DNA of 64,000 bases from NCBI GenBank assembly GCA_035193785.1, contig CP136572.1, positions 384,001 through 448,000 of the forward strand, in the 5' to 3' direction. The notes under the pieces are model-generated. The model was not told the origin of the DNA, made no database searches, and saw only the letters and a program-made list of their open reading frames with translations. Positions 44,840-56,430 of the stretch are shown here, in pieces; within the stretch, counting starts at the first letter, position 1, and every line of letters begins with the position of its first letter. The translations under genes and the position numbers were made by a program. Origin of the DNA: Planktothrix sp. GU0601_MAG3. Lineage in GTDB: Bacteria; Cyanobacteriota; Cyanobacteriia; Cyanobacteriales; Microcoleaceae.

Positions 44840-44964
44840 CCAAAATTTCTGAATAATTAGTAGGGGCAATTCGTGAATTGCTCCTACATGGAGTATAATT
44901 ATACTAGATTCCTGTGAATTAATTGCTTCGGCTAAAATCATCTATTTTTAATCCCTTAACACTT

Positions 44965-46913
44965 ATGTCTATTTTTACCTTACAATCTGTTAAAAAAGAA
45001 TTTGGAACTAAAGAAATTCTCCGAGATGCCAACTTTAGTTTAGATGGAACGGATAAAGTCGGTTTAATTGGAACCAATGGGTCGGGAAAATCGACGCTAT
45101 TAAAAATGATTGCGGGACAAGAATCTGTTGATGCAGGGCAACTTTGGGTTAATCCCAGGGCAAAAGTCATCTATTTACCCCAACAACCTAATTTAGATGA
45201 AAACCTCACGGTTTTAGAACAAATTTTTGCCGATAGTGGCGAACAAATGCACCTAATTCAAGAGTATGAAGACCTCTCCCACAAATTAGCAAAACATCCC
45301 GAAGATTCCCAACTGTTAACGCAATTTTCCCAAGTCATGCAAAGAATGGATGCGACTAATGCTTGGGAGTTGGAAAATAAAGCTAAAATTATTTTAACCA
45401 AATTAGGAATAGAAGATTTTGATACTCCCATTCGCCAGTTATCGGGGGGATATCGTAAACGCATTGCTTTAGCAACGGCATTATTAGTAGAAACCGGATG
45501 TTTTATTAATGGATGAACCTACCAACCATTTAGACGCGGCTTCCGTGGAATGGTTACAGGATTATTTGAAAAATTATCGCGGTGCTTTATTATTAATTAC
45601 CCATGACCGCTACTTTTTAGACCAGGTAACTAATCGAATTTTAGAATTAGACCAGGGGGATTTATTTACCCATGCAGGAAATTATTCTTATTTTTTAGAA
45701 AAGAAAGCGGAAGCCGAGGATATTGCTGTTAGTCAACAACGTAAACATCGGGGGGTTTTGCGTCGGGAATTAGAGTGGTTAAGACGGGGGCCAAAAGCCA
45801 GGAGTACCAAACAAAAAGCCCGGATTCAAAGGGTTGAAGGGCTACAAGACATGGAGTTTAAACAAGTCCAGGGGAAAGTTGAAATTTCCATCCCCGGTCG
45901 TCGGATTGGGAAAAAAGTTATTGAATTAAACCATGTTTCTAAATCCTATGATAATCGCCCTTTAATTCAAGATTTTACCTATAGTTTTAATCCCGATGAA
46001 CGTTTAGGAATTATTGGGGGAAATGGGGTAGGAAAATCAACTTTATTAGATATGATTACGGGTAAAATCAAACCCGACGAGGGCATATTAGAAATTGGGT
46101 CAACCATTCATATCGGTTATTTTGACCAACATTCGGAGGATTTGTTGGCGGCGATGAATGAAAATCAGCGCGTGATTGATTACTTAAAAGAAGTGGCAGA
46201 ATTTGTAAAAATTGCCGATGGAACCCAGATTACAGCCTCGCAAATGTTAGAGAGGTTTTTGTTTCCTCCCAATCAACAATATTCTCCCTTAAATAAACTT
46301 TCCGGGGGTGAAAAACGACGGTTATTTTTATTACGGGTGTTAATGAGTGCGCCCAATGTGTTGATTTTAGATGAAACCGACAAATGATTTAGATGTTCAA
46401 ACATTATCGGTTTTAGAAGATTATTTAGAGGATTTTAATGGTTGTGTAATTGTGGTTTCCCATGACCGCTATTTTTTAGACCGGACAGTAGAGAAAATTT
46501 TTGCTTTTGAATCCGGGGGAACTTTACGACAATATCCGGGGAATTATTCGGTTTATTTAGATTATAAAAAAGCGGAGGAATTAGAGTTAAGTCGTCAAGG
46601 GGTGAAAGCTGAAGAAAAAACCCTCTCTGCGGGTGCGGGTACAGATTCCGAAAAGTCTCAACGGTATTCTTGGGATAAAAGCGGACAACGAAAATTATCT
46701 TCTAAAGAAAAGCGAGAATATGAAAAGTTAGAGATAAAAATTGCTGAACTAGAAGGGAAAAAAGCTCAATTAGAACAGAAATTATATTATGCACCTCCGG
46801 GGGCGGTTTCTAACGTTCAAGACTTGCATCAACAGGTGGAAAATATTATCATAGAAATTGATAATGCCACGGAAAGGTGGTTAGAATTAGCAGAAATTGC
46901 GGCTTCTAACTAA
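44965..46913 (+). CDS. ABC-F family ATPase (Uup-like; two apparent frameshifts)
   Basis: Two NBDs (GTNGSGKST, LSGG, DEPTNHLD; GGNGVGKST, LSGGEKRR, DEPTNDLD) and a C-terminal coiled coil. Confidence 0.92.
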
Positions 46914-46915
46914 TT

Positions 46916-47932
46916 CTAACTAATAATATCAGGAGGGGTTTTAATAGAACGCAAAAACGCCGCACTTTCTTCTGGTAAAGCCGTATTAATATACATTCCA
47001 CTGCCTAATTCAAATCCGGCGGATAAAGAAACCCTGGGAATTAATGCAATATACCAATGGGAATAATCGGTGCGTTGTTCGGCGGTGGGAATGGAACGAA
47101 TAGTATAATTATAATCGGGATTATTTAACCCGTAGTAAAGTTTAGCTAGAACATTTTTTAAGGTTTTAGCTAAATCAAAGATTTCCACATCTGTAATTTC
47201 ATCAAAGGAGGAACTATGACGACGGGGAAAAATCCAAGTATGAAAAGGAGAAAGGGCGGCATAGGGAATAAAAGCCACAAAATGTTCACTGGTAAAAATA
47301 ATCCGTTCCTGGGCCTGTAATTCCTCCTCCAAAGTGCGACAAAAAATACATTCTCCGGTATCATCATAATAGCGAATTGCTTCTCTGGAGCGGTCACGCC
47401 ATTGATAGGGAACAATGGGAATTGCGGCAATTTGGGAGTGAGGATGTTCTAAAGAAGTTCCCGCTCCTTGACCATGATTTTTAAAGATAATAATAGTTTC
47501 TACCCGAGCATCTTGGCGAATTTCAATATAACGTCGGTGGTAAACTCGAATCACATTTGCTATATCTTTAATTTCCATTAATGCCATTGTTAAATCATGG
47601 CGAGGATGCTCAATCACAACTTCATGAAACCCAAACCCGGATAAGGCGTGAAAAATGCCATCGGTTTCTCGGACTCTTTCACCTTCAGGAGATAAAGCAG
47701 GATACTTATTAGAAACAACGCGAACTTGCCAGTGTAAATCATCGGATAACCGCAATATTTCTCGACTTCCAGTTAATAATTCATTCCCGGGGCAAAAGGG
47801 GCAATTAGAACGATAATGAGGAGTAGGAATTAGTTGGGTTTCGGTTTTAGCAAATTCGTCGGGTCGTTTAGCTCTTTCGGTAGCAATAATTACCCAATCT
47901 CTGGTGATTAGATTCTGTCTAAGTTCGGTCAT
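46916..47932 (-). CDS. galT: Galactose-1-phosphate uridylyltransferase
   Basis: CPFCPGNE, NKYPAL, AGTSLEHPHSQ. Confidence 0.9.
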   Translation of the reverse strand: MTELRQNLITRDWVIIATERAKRPDEFAKTETQLIPTPHYRSNCPFCPGNELLTGSREILRLSDDLHWQVRVVSNKYPALSPEGERVRETDGIFHALSGFGFHEVVIEHPRHDLTMALMEIKDIANVIRVYHRRYIEIRQDARVETIIIFKNHGQGAGTSLEHPHSQIAAIPIVPYQWRDRSREAIRYYDDTGECIFCRTLEEELQAQERIIFTSEHFVAFIPYAALSPFHTWIFPRRHSSSFDEITDVEIFDLAKTLKNVLAKLYYGLNNPDYNYTIRSIPTAEQRTDYSHWYIALIPRVSLSAGFELGSGMYINTALPEESAAFLRSIKTPPDIIS

Positions 47933-48032
47933 ATAGCAGGGAATAGGGAACAGGGAATAGGGAACACCGGAACATTGCAGGAAAAGGTTTGAGTATCAGT
48001 CTTTGTCCTAACTGCGCGGGCGCATTTGCTAT
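47932..48032. mobile_element. TATAGCA-ended MITE-like element
   Basis: TATAGCA-GGGAA(T/C)A repeats-...TGTCCTAA...TGCTAT; inverted relative to 41487-41584. Confidence 0.45.
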
Positions 48033-48068
48033 TTTATCGCAAATATTATGAGAAATAAAAATAATTGA

Positions 48069-49113
48069 TTATTTTTTGTTGCTGTTTAAACCTCTTTTTG
48101 TTCCTAGATAAACGGCAAAACTTCCTAACCAATGACTGCCGCCATAGAAACTACCAGATACGGGATTCAACCCAACTTGGTGATGAAGATTTGCTAGGGT
48201 TTTTAAAGCGGGTATGCGGGTATCTGTGGGTAATAAACCCGATATTATCCCTTCTAACATCCAGGCGCGACTCAAGTTTAACCCATCAAAATGAGATTGT
48301 CCGTAATCCTCGGGATTATTAATAATAATCGGAGAAAACCAATCGGTTTCCAACTTTTGGGGAAGTCCGGGTAAAAAAATAGTTAACCATTCTGCAAACT
48401 CAGAAACTAGGGAGAACTCGGCGCATTAAATCCGCTTCTGCTAGACAAGGCGAGAGAAAATCATCACCCAATGGTTCACAATGGAGGGAATAATTATAGT
48501 CATGGTAATAGAATTTTTGGATTTTATATGCAACTTCTTCTAATAATTGTTGATGCCGAGTTAGGGTTGCCCAATCCCAAATTAATCCTAAAGCAAAAGC
48601 CGTTTGATTATGTAATCCGGTGCGGTTGGGATAGGATAAAGTTAATAACCATTGATGAATATTGTTAATAATAACGGTTTCTAATGGTTGTAAATATTCT
48701 AATAAAATTTTACCTTGTTCGTCTTCCCATTCAGTCAGTTCGGCTGTTAATTGTAAAAACCAAGCTAACCCATAGGGACATTCAAATCGGGGCTGAGATT
48801 GTAAAAAATTAGCTTCTATTTTAATATGTTCTGGGGTGATATTTTGAGTTAAAACATCTCTAGCAGAGGACACAAAATCCCCATCGGGAAAATATTTAAT
48901 TAACCGAGTTAACATCCAATGGTTATGCACCGCCGAATGCCAATCTAAACAGCCATAAAAGGCGGGATTTAGTTGTCGATGGGGAATTAAATCCCGGGAA
49001 CTTTCTAACCAATAATATTGAACATGAGGGTATTCTTGAATAACACATTGTAAGCCAAATTGAGCAAATTGACTGGCTAAATTTACCGAAAATATTTCTA
49101 ATTCTAAATTCAC
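48069..49113 (-). CDS. DUF2891 family protein (apparent frameshift)
   Basis: PAFYGCLDWHSAVH, YGLAW, DFLSPCLAEADLMRRVL, HFDGLNLSRAW, HWLGSFA. Confidence 0.88.
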
Positions 49114-49203
49114 GATTTTTTAAGTTAATTTATGCTATGGCAATCCTATTTGAGTTGTATCAATTAAATAGGGAATAGGGAATAGGGAATAGGGAAATTG
49201 GCA

Positions 49204-49869
49204 TTATTTAGGACTTACTGAAGGTGTTTGAGTTGGTTGAGGTGTTTGGGAAGGTTGAGGTGTTTGGGGAACTTCTGGGGGCAATTTCCACTCCTCCAGA
49301 GAACGATTAACAGTCGATAAAATATCATTAGAAATGACTAAAATAGTTACTTCTTTTGTAGAAAGTTGAGGGGAATCAATTTGAGCATATAAAGAATCTC
49401 CGCGAAAATCATTTTTCCCTAAACTTAATTTGTGGATAGTATTATTTTTGAGTTTAATTTCTATTTTATCCGTAACCGTATCTAAGCCATAATCCTTAAG
49501 TTTATCTGTAGAAACCGTTAATTTCTGAATCCCTGAGTTAATATCCGAGGGATTACTTTGATTTTTAAACAGTTCCCTGAGCAAATAATCTACCGAAGCA
49601 GGATTAGCTAAAAATTGTATTGGGGCTGTAATTTTCCAAGGAGATTTTTTCAACTCATCGGCGCTAGTCACCCGTTCCAAAGTAACTGTTTGTTGGGAAG
49701 TTGTAATAGTAAAAGATTGAATTTCATCCTTGGGAAAAGAAAAAATTTGTTGTTGTTTAGCTTGAATTTCTTGCTGTTGAGTTTTTCCCTGAATTTCAAA
49801 TATATAAACTGCCCCGGTCAAACCCAAGGATAAACCCATTAAAATTAATGTTGAACGTTGAAATTTCAT
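49204..49869 (-). CDS. DUF4340 domain protein
   Basis: N-terminal TM, WKITAP, DYGL, LGK..F; PQT repeats at the C-terminus. Confidence 0.78.
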   Translation of the reverse strand: MKFQRSTLILMGLSLGLTGAVYIFEIQGKTQQQEIQAKQQQIFSFPKDEIQSFTITTSQQTVTLERVTSADELKKSPWKITAPIQFLANPASVDYLLRELFKNQSNPSDINSGIQKLTVSTDKLKDYGLDTVTDKIEIKLKNNTIHKLSLGKNDFRGDSLYAQIDSPQLSTKEVTILVISNDILSTVNRSLEEWKLPPEVPQTPQPSQTPQPTQTPSVSPK

Positions 49870-49977
49870 CAGTTATTAGTTATCAATTATTAATTATCAA
49901 TTATTAATTATTAATTACCAGTTATCAGAAATATTAACCCTTACACTGATAACTGATAATTGTTTACTGATAACTGA

Positions 49978-51325
49978 TTATTCCGTGGGCGTAGGATCAA
50001 AACGCTCGATTTTAGCACCCAATTGTCGGAGTTTAGCTTCCAATTGTTCATAACCCCGATCCAAATGTTTTAATCCTTGAATCGTCGTTTCTCCTTCGGC
50101 GGCTAAGGCTGCGAGAACCAATGCAGCAGAAGCGCGTAAATCCGTCGCCGTCACCGGAGCACCGGAAAGCAAAGGAACACCGCGGACTAAAACCGTATTC
50201 CCTTTAACCCGAATATCAGCACCCATGCGACTAAGTTCAGGAACATGACCAAAACGATTTTCAAACACCGTTTCACTGATCAAACTATTGCCTTGACACA
50301 GCGTTAATAGTGCCATAAAGGGGGCTTGCATATCCGTGGGGAAGCCGGGATAGGGTAGGGTCTCAATATCCGTCGCCTTTAGCTGTTCTCCAGCCAGAAT
50401 ACTTAAATGGTTTAGCCCTTCCATGCGGATTTTGACACCCATGGCTTTCAGTTTGGCCAGTACGGGAGTTAAATGTCCTGGAATAATGGGGGAGAGGTTG
50501 ATTTCAGAACCCGTAATCGCCCCAGCTATTAAAAAAGTTCCAGCCTCTATTCGGTCAGGAATAATCGAATAATCCGCAGAATGCAGACTCGGAAACCCCA
50601 GAAATGATAATAGTTTTGCTGCCAGCCCCATGAATTCTGGCTCCCATCGCCCGGCAGAAGTTCGCTAAATCAATGACCTCCGGTTCTTGAGCCGCATTTT
50701 CAATAATGGTTTCCCCATCCGCTAGGGTAGCCGCCATCATCAAAGTTTCCGTCGCCCCAACACTGGGATAATCCAGATAGATGCGAGCGCCCTTGAGCCG
50801 ACGGTTACCCCCGGCGACATGGGCATGAACAACGCCATGCTCGATGTGTACTTCCGCACCCAGGGCTTGAAGTCCGCGAACATGAAGATCCACAGGTCTA
50901 GCTCCAATGGCACATCCCCCAGGCAAGGGAACCCGGGCTACCCCTAAACGGGCTAATATTGGGCCAATAGCAAAGAAACTCGCCCGTAGTTGGCTCACCA
51001 ATTCATAGGGGGCCTGTGATTCTGATAACTCCCCCGCCTTAATGTCGATGATGTCACCCTGGCGGTCAATTCTGACACCCAGGGTCATGAGAATCTCACT
51101 CATGCTATTTACATCAGCCAAAGAGGGAACATTCCGTAGGCGGCAATCTTCGGAACAGAGTAATGCACCCGCCATTAGGACTAAGGCAGAATTTTTAGCT
51201 CCACTAATCGGAACATGACCTTGCAGGGGTTGACGTCCCCAAATTTTGAGGCTGGACTGGTTAGCGTGGGACGCAGTTGAAATATTCGATGAATGTATAG
51301 CTAGTGTAATGGGTCTATCCTCCAA
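49978..51325 (-). CDS. murA: UDP-N-acetylglucosamine 1-carboxyvinyltransferase (apparent frameshift)
   Basis: [43 protein letters not shown]. Confidence 0.95.
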
Positions 51326-51543
51326 AAATTGGTTGTAAGTTTACTTTACCTATATTTTTTGTTCTGATTCTACCGAAAAGATTCTAAATGTCTAGGGGTT
51401 AGACAAATTTCATGTTCCTGATAAACCCGAAATCATGCTTGGGGTGGGTTTTATAGGAATATCGTTCTTGGTATACCAAAATTCTTATCGATTTTCAAAT
51501 CCAGTGTAAAAATCTAATTAACACTTAGGAAAAATCAGAATTT

Positions 51544-52630
51544 ATGGAAATCGGTATTCCCAAAGAAATCAAGGATCAGGAATTTAGGGTGGGCTTGAAT
51601 CCTGATAGTGTCAGGGTTTGCACGGAAAGGGGTCATCAAGTTTTTGTAGAAACAAGTGCCGGGGAGGGTTCAGGGTTTAGCGATCGCGATTATACAGGAG
51701 CCGGAGCTACAATCGTTAATTCTCCGACCGATGCCTGGAGTCGGGAACTTGTGGTTAAAGTCAAAGAAACCTTTACCCGCCGAATATGGCTTAATTCAAA
51801 AAAATCAACTGTTGTTTACCTATCTCCATCTGGCCGCTAATCGGGAACTCACCGAGGAATTAATGCAAAGTGGTGTCCATGGAATTGCCTATGAAACCGT
51901 AGAACTTCCCGACGGTCGATTACCTTTATTAACGCCCATGAGTATCATCGCCGGGCGTTTATCAATTCAGTTTGGCTCCCGTTATTTGGAACGACAACAG
52001 GGCGGCAGAGGAGTTCTTTTAGCTGGAATTCCCGGAGTCAAAGCCGGAAAAGTTGTAATTTTGGGCGGTGGTATAGTTGGGACTGAAGCCGCCAGAATTG
52101 CTATCGGAATGGGAGCAACGGTGCAAATTTTAGATTTGAATTTGGATCGATTAGCTTATTTAGAAACGGTGTTTGGTTCGAGTGTAGAATTACTCTATAG
52201 TCATCCCTCTCAAATTGAAGAAAGTGTTCCTGAAGCTGACTTATTAATTGGTGCGGTTTTAGTCCTAGGAAAACGCGCTCCTAAATTAGTTTCTCGTGAT
52301 TTAGTCGCCAAAATGCGCCCCGGTTCCGTGATTGTGGATGTGGCGGTGGATCAGGGGGGATGTATTGAAACCCTACGTCCGACCTCCCACACCCATCCCA
52401 CTTATATTCAAGAAGGTGTCGTTCATTATGGGGTTCCCAATATGCCTGGAGCCGTGCCTTGGACAGCAACCCAAGCCCTAAATAATAGTACCTTACCCTA
52501 CGTTATTCAGTTAGCTGATCAAGGACTCAAGGCTTTAGAATTAAATCCGGTTTTAGCTAAAGGATTAAATGTGAAAAATCATCATTTAGTTCATCCGGCT
52601 GTTAGGGAAGTTTTTCCTGATTTAGTTTAA
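51544..52630 (+). CDS. ald: Alanine dehydrogenase (apparent frameshift)
   Basis: IGIPKEIKDQEFRV, TYLHLAA, LPLLTPMS, DVAVDQGG, VPNMPGAVP. Confidence 0.95.
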
Positions 52631-52667
52631 TTCCCATGCTGGGCGAGGAGACCTCGCCCTATAACCC

Positions 52668-52936
52668 CAGGGCTGTTTCATTCTCCGGGAAACCAGGGTT
52701 TTGTAGGGGTAGTGCCCCTGTGCCTACCCTCCTACCCTCCCCATCCCCGATTTACAGGCGTTTCAGGGATTGGGGCAACCACGGGGGATTGGGGCAACCA
52801 CGGGGGATTGGGGCAACCACGGGGGGATTGGGGCAACCACGGGGGGATTGGGGCAACCACGGGGGGATTGGGGCAACCACGGGGGGATTGGGGCAACCAC
52901 GGGGGGATTGCCCCTACAAAGAATGAAACAGCCCTG
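52668..52936. mobile_element. MITE (inverted copy of 35823-36005) with seven internal 19-20-bp repeats
   Basis: Same 17-bp TIRs; GGGGCAACCACGGGGG(G)ATT x7. Confidence 0.82.
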
Positions 52937-52937
52937 C

Positions 52938-53852
52938 CTACAAACCTACTTGTTTTAAAACCGTTAAAGGATTATAGGATTTAAGTGCTTGCAGTTGTTC
53001 GGAATTTTTTACTAATAAACCCCCGGCAAATCCTAAAGAATTAATGGAAATTCCCTCGAATTTTTCTTGAGATCGGGGAACAATCATCATCCAATTTCGG
53101 GTAGCTAATAAATTATAAGCCCCGGATTGAAAGGGATTATCTCCAACGGATAAACCGACTTTTGCTAATAGCTCAAAATATAATTCTAAGGTAAAAATGG
53201 CTGCTTCTGATGGGTGGTTAATCCAGTCGGGGTTAAAGGAAGCGATCGCATGAACAAAAGGAAATTCAGGAATGATCCCGATGGAATTATTAAACTGTAT
53301 AGAAGCGATCGCGGGTTCAATCGGAAGATTTATGCCATCTGGAACTAATGGAAAAGGAACTAATTGTAAATGTTTATGCCGTTGACTCGCCCCGGCTAAT
53401 TTTCCCCCATTATAAAAAACTAAACCATCAATTTCTGCTAAACCCAGCCACATTGCGTCAAAATCCGCTTGAGTTAGCCAGGTTTCCTGTGCTTCAAATT
53501 GTCGGGTAATTATCAATAAATGATGATCAACAACATTAAATTTATTCAGTAAACATAAATGGGTTTCTGATAAATTGCCAACAAATAAATTCTGTTCATA
53601 GGGCAGAAACGGATTAAATTCTTCACCGGATTTAGCTAATTTTTTTTGCTGTTTTTTCTGAGCTTTCTGCTTCCGAGCTAAGTTAGACAGAATTCTCACC
53701 AAAAAGCGAATATTTCCCGTCTCTATAAAATCATAATCCGTTGGAATTGATGCCAATGCACCACAATTGATCGCATATTCGGTTTGAGTAATTATTCGTT
53801 GCCATAATGTCCCCGACGGTAACATCAAGTTTGCAGGTGTTGTACTGATCAT
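52938..53852 (-). CDS. ATP adenylyltransferase / Ap4A phosphorylase
   Basis: NPFLPYE, LLNKFNV, AGASQRHKHLQ, INSLGFAG. Confidence 0.9.
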   Translation of the reverse strand: MISTTPANLMLPSGTLWQRIITQTEYAINCGALASIPTDYDFIETGNIRFLVRILSNLARKQKAQKKQQKKLAKSGEEFNPFLPYEQNLFVGNLSETHLCLLNKFNVVDHHLLIITRQFEAQETWLTQADFDAMWLGLAEIDGLVFYNGGKLAGASQRHKHLQLVPFPLVPDGINLPIEPAIASIQFNNSIGIIPEFPFVHAIASFNPDWINHPSEAAIFTLELYFELLAKVGLSVGDNPFQSGAYNLLATRNWMMIVPRSQEKFEGISINSLGFAGGLLVKNSEQLQALKSYNPLTVLKQVGL

Positions 53853-53879
53853 TTGAACAATAGCTATGATTTAATAGTT

Positions 53880-54516
53880 TTAAAAATTCAGAGGATTTAA
53901 GGGTTTAGGAATTAGGTTAACTTTAGCTTTAGGTTTCCAGTCATATTCCATATATTGGGCTGTTTTTAAAGCCTTACTATCCCCCAAAAGTTTAGCCACA
54001 ACATAAAGAGACATATCAATTCCCGCCGAAATTCCCGCCGCCGTAATAATTTTTCCATTATCAACAAATCGTTGATTATCAACAACCGTGGTTTGGGGGG
54101 CCATCGCCCGTAGTTGATCTAAAGCCAGATGATGAGTTGTCGCCACTAAACCATCTAATAAACCCACTTTTGCTAATAGTAAAGCCCCCGTACAAACTGA
54201 TAAAATTAACTCGGCATGATATCCTTTAGATTGAATCCAGGCTAGAATTTGCAGTTGATTCAGAGCCTCTCTAGTCCCTATACCACCCGGAATAATAATA
54301 ATATCGGGAGGCGGGCTATCTAATAGGGTACAATCGGGATTAAAACTCAAACCATAATGGGATTGAAACTGCATTTAAAGTTTCCGCTACCAGAAACACA
54401 TTAAAAGGTTTCTCCTCATTAATTTCTGATGTAATAGAAAATACCTCAAAAGGGCCGATAAAATCCAATAGTTGCACCCCATTAAAAATTAAAATAGCAA
54501 CATTTGTTTGAGTCAT
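53880..54516 (-). CDS. DJ-1/PfpI family protein (apparent frameshift)
   Basis: LDFIGPFEVF, IPGG.G, SVCTGA, AAGISAGIDM. Confidence 0.9.
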
Positions 54517-54554
54517 GGGTCGGTAATCCTAAACGAAAAGGGATAAAATAAAAT

Positions 54555-54929
54555 ATGTTGAAAAAGTGTCTTAGGCTCCCAAATATTATTCTGGTTATTC
54601 TGATCACTCTAGCAATTATACTGGGTGGGAATAATTTAACTTTAGCACAGGGTTCGGCCACTCAGCTTGAATATCGGATGAGTCGATTAGAAGCACAGGT
54701 ATCTCAACTGATTGGACAGATTAATAGTCTGCAATATCAAACTTCAGGTACAACGGTAATCCAGGTTAAACCCGATCCCACAAATCCGGCTCCCGAACTC
54801 AGAAATCCTTTGATTTCCGGTGATCCCATGTTTGATCGGTTAGCAACATTAGTGATTGAAACCAAACAAGATGTCCAAGAACTTCAGAAACAAATGGCGG
54901 AGTTAAAAGCACAATTAGAAACTAAATAA
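54555..54929 (+). CDS. Conserved secreted coiled-coil hypothetical protein
   Basis: Signal peptide; DPMFDRLATLVIE motif. Confidence 0.75.
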   Translation: MLKKCLRLPNIILVILITLAIILGGNNLTLAQGSATQLEYRMSRLEAQVSQLIGQINSLQYQTSGTTVIQVKPDPTNPAPELRNPLISGDPMFDRLATLVIETKQDVQELQKQMAELKAQLETK

Positions 54930-54962
54930 TTCCGGGTTAAAATTAGTAATCCCATAATTCAT

Positions 54963-55038
54963 AAAAAAATAGGTGCTGCCATGATCTGAGGAGCTAAAGA
55001 TGTTCTCCTCATCTTAGAAGATTGATCAGAAGCAGCAC
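54963..55038 (-). terminator. Branched stem-loop with T-tract downstream of psaX
   Basis: GTGCTGC/GCAGCAC, TGATC/GATCA and TGAGGAG/CTCCTCA pairings followed by TTTTTTT on the minus strand. Confidence 0.55.
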
Positions 55039-55065
55039 AGTCTTTAAAAATTGATGATGTTTAAA

Positions 55066-55182
55066 TTACACAATGATACCGAAATAGTAAGCGGCAACTA
55101 AAAAGTTAATTCCTAACAGAAGAATTGCCCAAAATGCACGAAAGGTATAAGAGCCGCTGGATTTTTGAGTTTTGGTAGCCAT
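55066..55182 (-). CDS. psaX: Photosystem I subunit PsaX (38 aa, below the ORF-track cutoff)
   Basis: MATKTQKSSGSYTFRAFWAILLLGINFLVAAYYFGIIV*; AGGA RBS; follows lipA. Confidence 0.92.
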   Translation of the reverse strand: MATKTQKSSGSYTFRAFWAILLLGINFLVAAYYFGIIV

Positions 55183-55209
55183 ATTTGGTTCCTAAATACA
55201 ATTATTCAA

Positions 55210-56176
55210 TTAAACCACAGAAGCAACGGCATCGGCATCGGACTCTCCCGCATGATAGGAACTCCGAACTAATGGCCCAGAGCGGACGTGGGTAAAACCG
55301 ATTTTGGTGGCGATCGCTCCCAAATCCTGAAATTCTTCCGGTGTCCAATATTTTCGCACGGGCAGATGTTCCAGGGACGGGCGCATATATTGACCCAGGG
55401 TAATTCGGTCACATCCCACCTGGCGTAAATCTTCCAGGGTTTGAATAATTTCGGCTTCGGTTTCTCCATGTCCCAACATTAAGCCGGATTTGGTGGGAAT
55501 GCGGGGATCAAGTTGTTTCACAATTCTTAATACATCCAGCGATCGCCCATACTTAGCCCCCCGTCTCACGGGTGCTTGTAGCCTTTGGACTGTTTCGACA
55601 TTATGGTTATAACAGGCGGGTTGCGCTTGAACTACGGTGGCAATCCGTTGATATTGCAGTTCTTCGGGATTACCGCCCCCCTGCCCACCCCAAAAATCCG
55701 CCGTCAGGACTTCGATCTGGGTTTGGGGGTTAAGCTCTCGAATTCTGTCCATCGTCGCCACAAACCACCCCGCCCCCCCGTCGGCTAAATCATCCCGGGC
55801 CACGGAAGTTAAGACCACATAGCGTAACCCTAAAATTTGTACGGCTTCGGCCACTTTTTGAGGTTTCTTCGGGATCAAGGGGCATCGGTGCATGGCCCTT
55901 ATCCACCTGACAAAAGCCACAGGAGCGGGTACAAGTCGGCCCCATTAATAAAAAAGTGGCGGTTTTCTGGGCATAACATTCCCCTCGGTTGGGACAACGG
56001 CCTTCTTCACAAATAGTATGAATTTGACGCTGTTTGATAATCCGTTGTACAGAGGATAATTCACTGGCTTTACCGATGGGACGGCGTAACCAATCGGGTA
56101 TCGGTTGAATCACATTTTGATCCCGATCACGATAGGATGGTTCTGGGGCTGAATCAGCGACAGACGACATATTCAA
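55210..56176 (-). CDS. lipA: Lipoyl synthase (apparent frameshift)
   Basis: [36 protein letters not shown]. Confidence 0.95.
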
Positions 56177-56430
56177 GTTCCGTTGCTATTTGGGCTTCTT
56201 CTCAGATTAACTTTCGAGGGGTTTTGGGGGAGGGGTAAGTCCCAGCACGCTGAATTTCTCTAAGCCCAAAAAATACTAGAAATTAGCGTGGGATACTTCG
56301 ACCCTTCGACAAGCTCAGGGCATCGCAGGCTCAGTAACAACACGGACTCCCCCAAGTTAATTTTGCGTTTGTCAATCCCGACAAAATTAACAACAATATG
56401 TTAGATTATATCAAAGAGTTGAAAGCGACA

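Noticed and set aside
52770..52912. Regular 19-20-bp repeats as a CRISPR array
   Set aside because: Head-to-tail with no unique spacers and inside a TIR-bounded MITE.
52636..52984. Gly-rich repeat ORFs here and at 35749-36066
   Set aside because: Translations of MITE/STRR repeats that are open in several frames.
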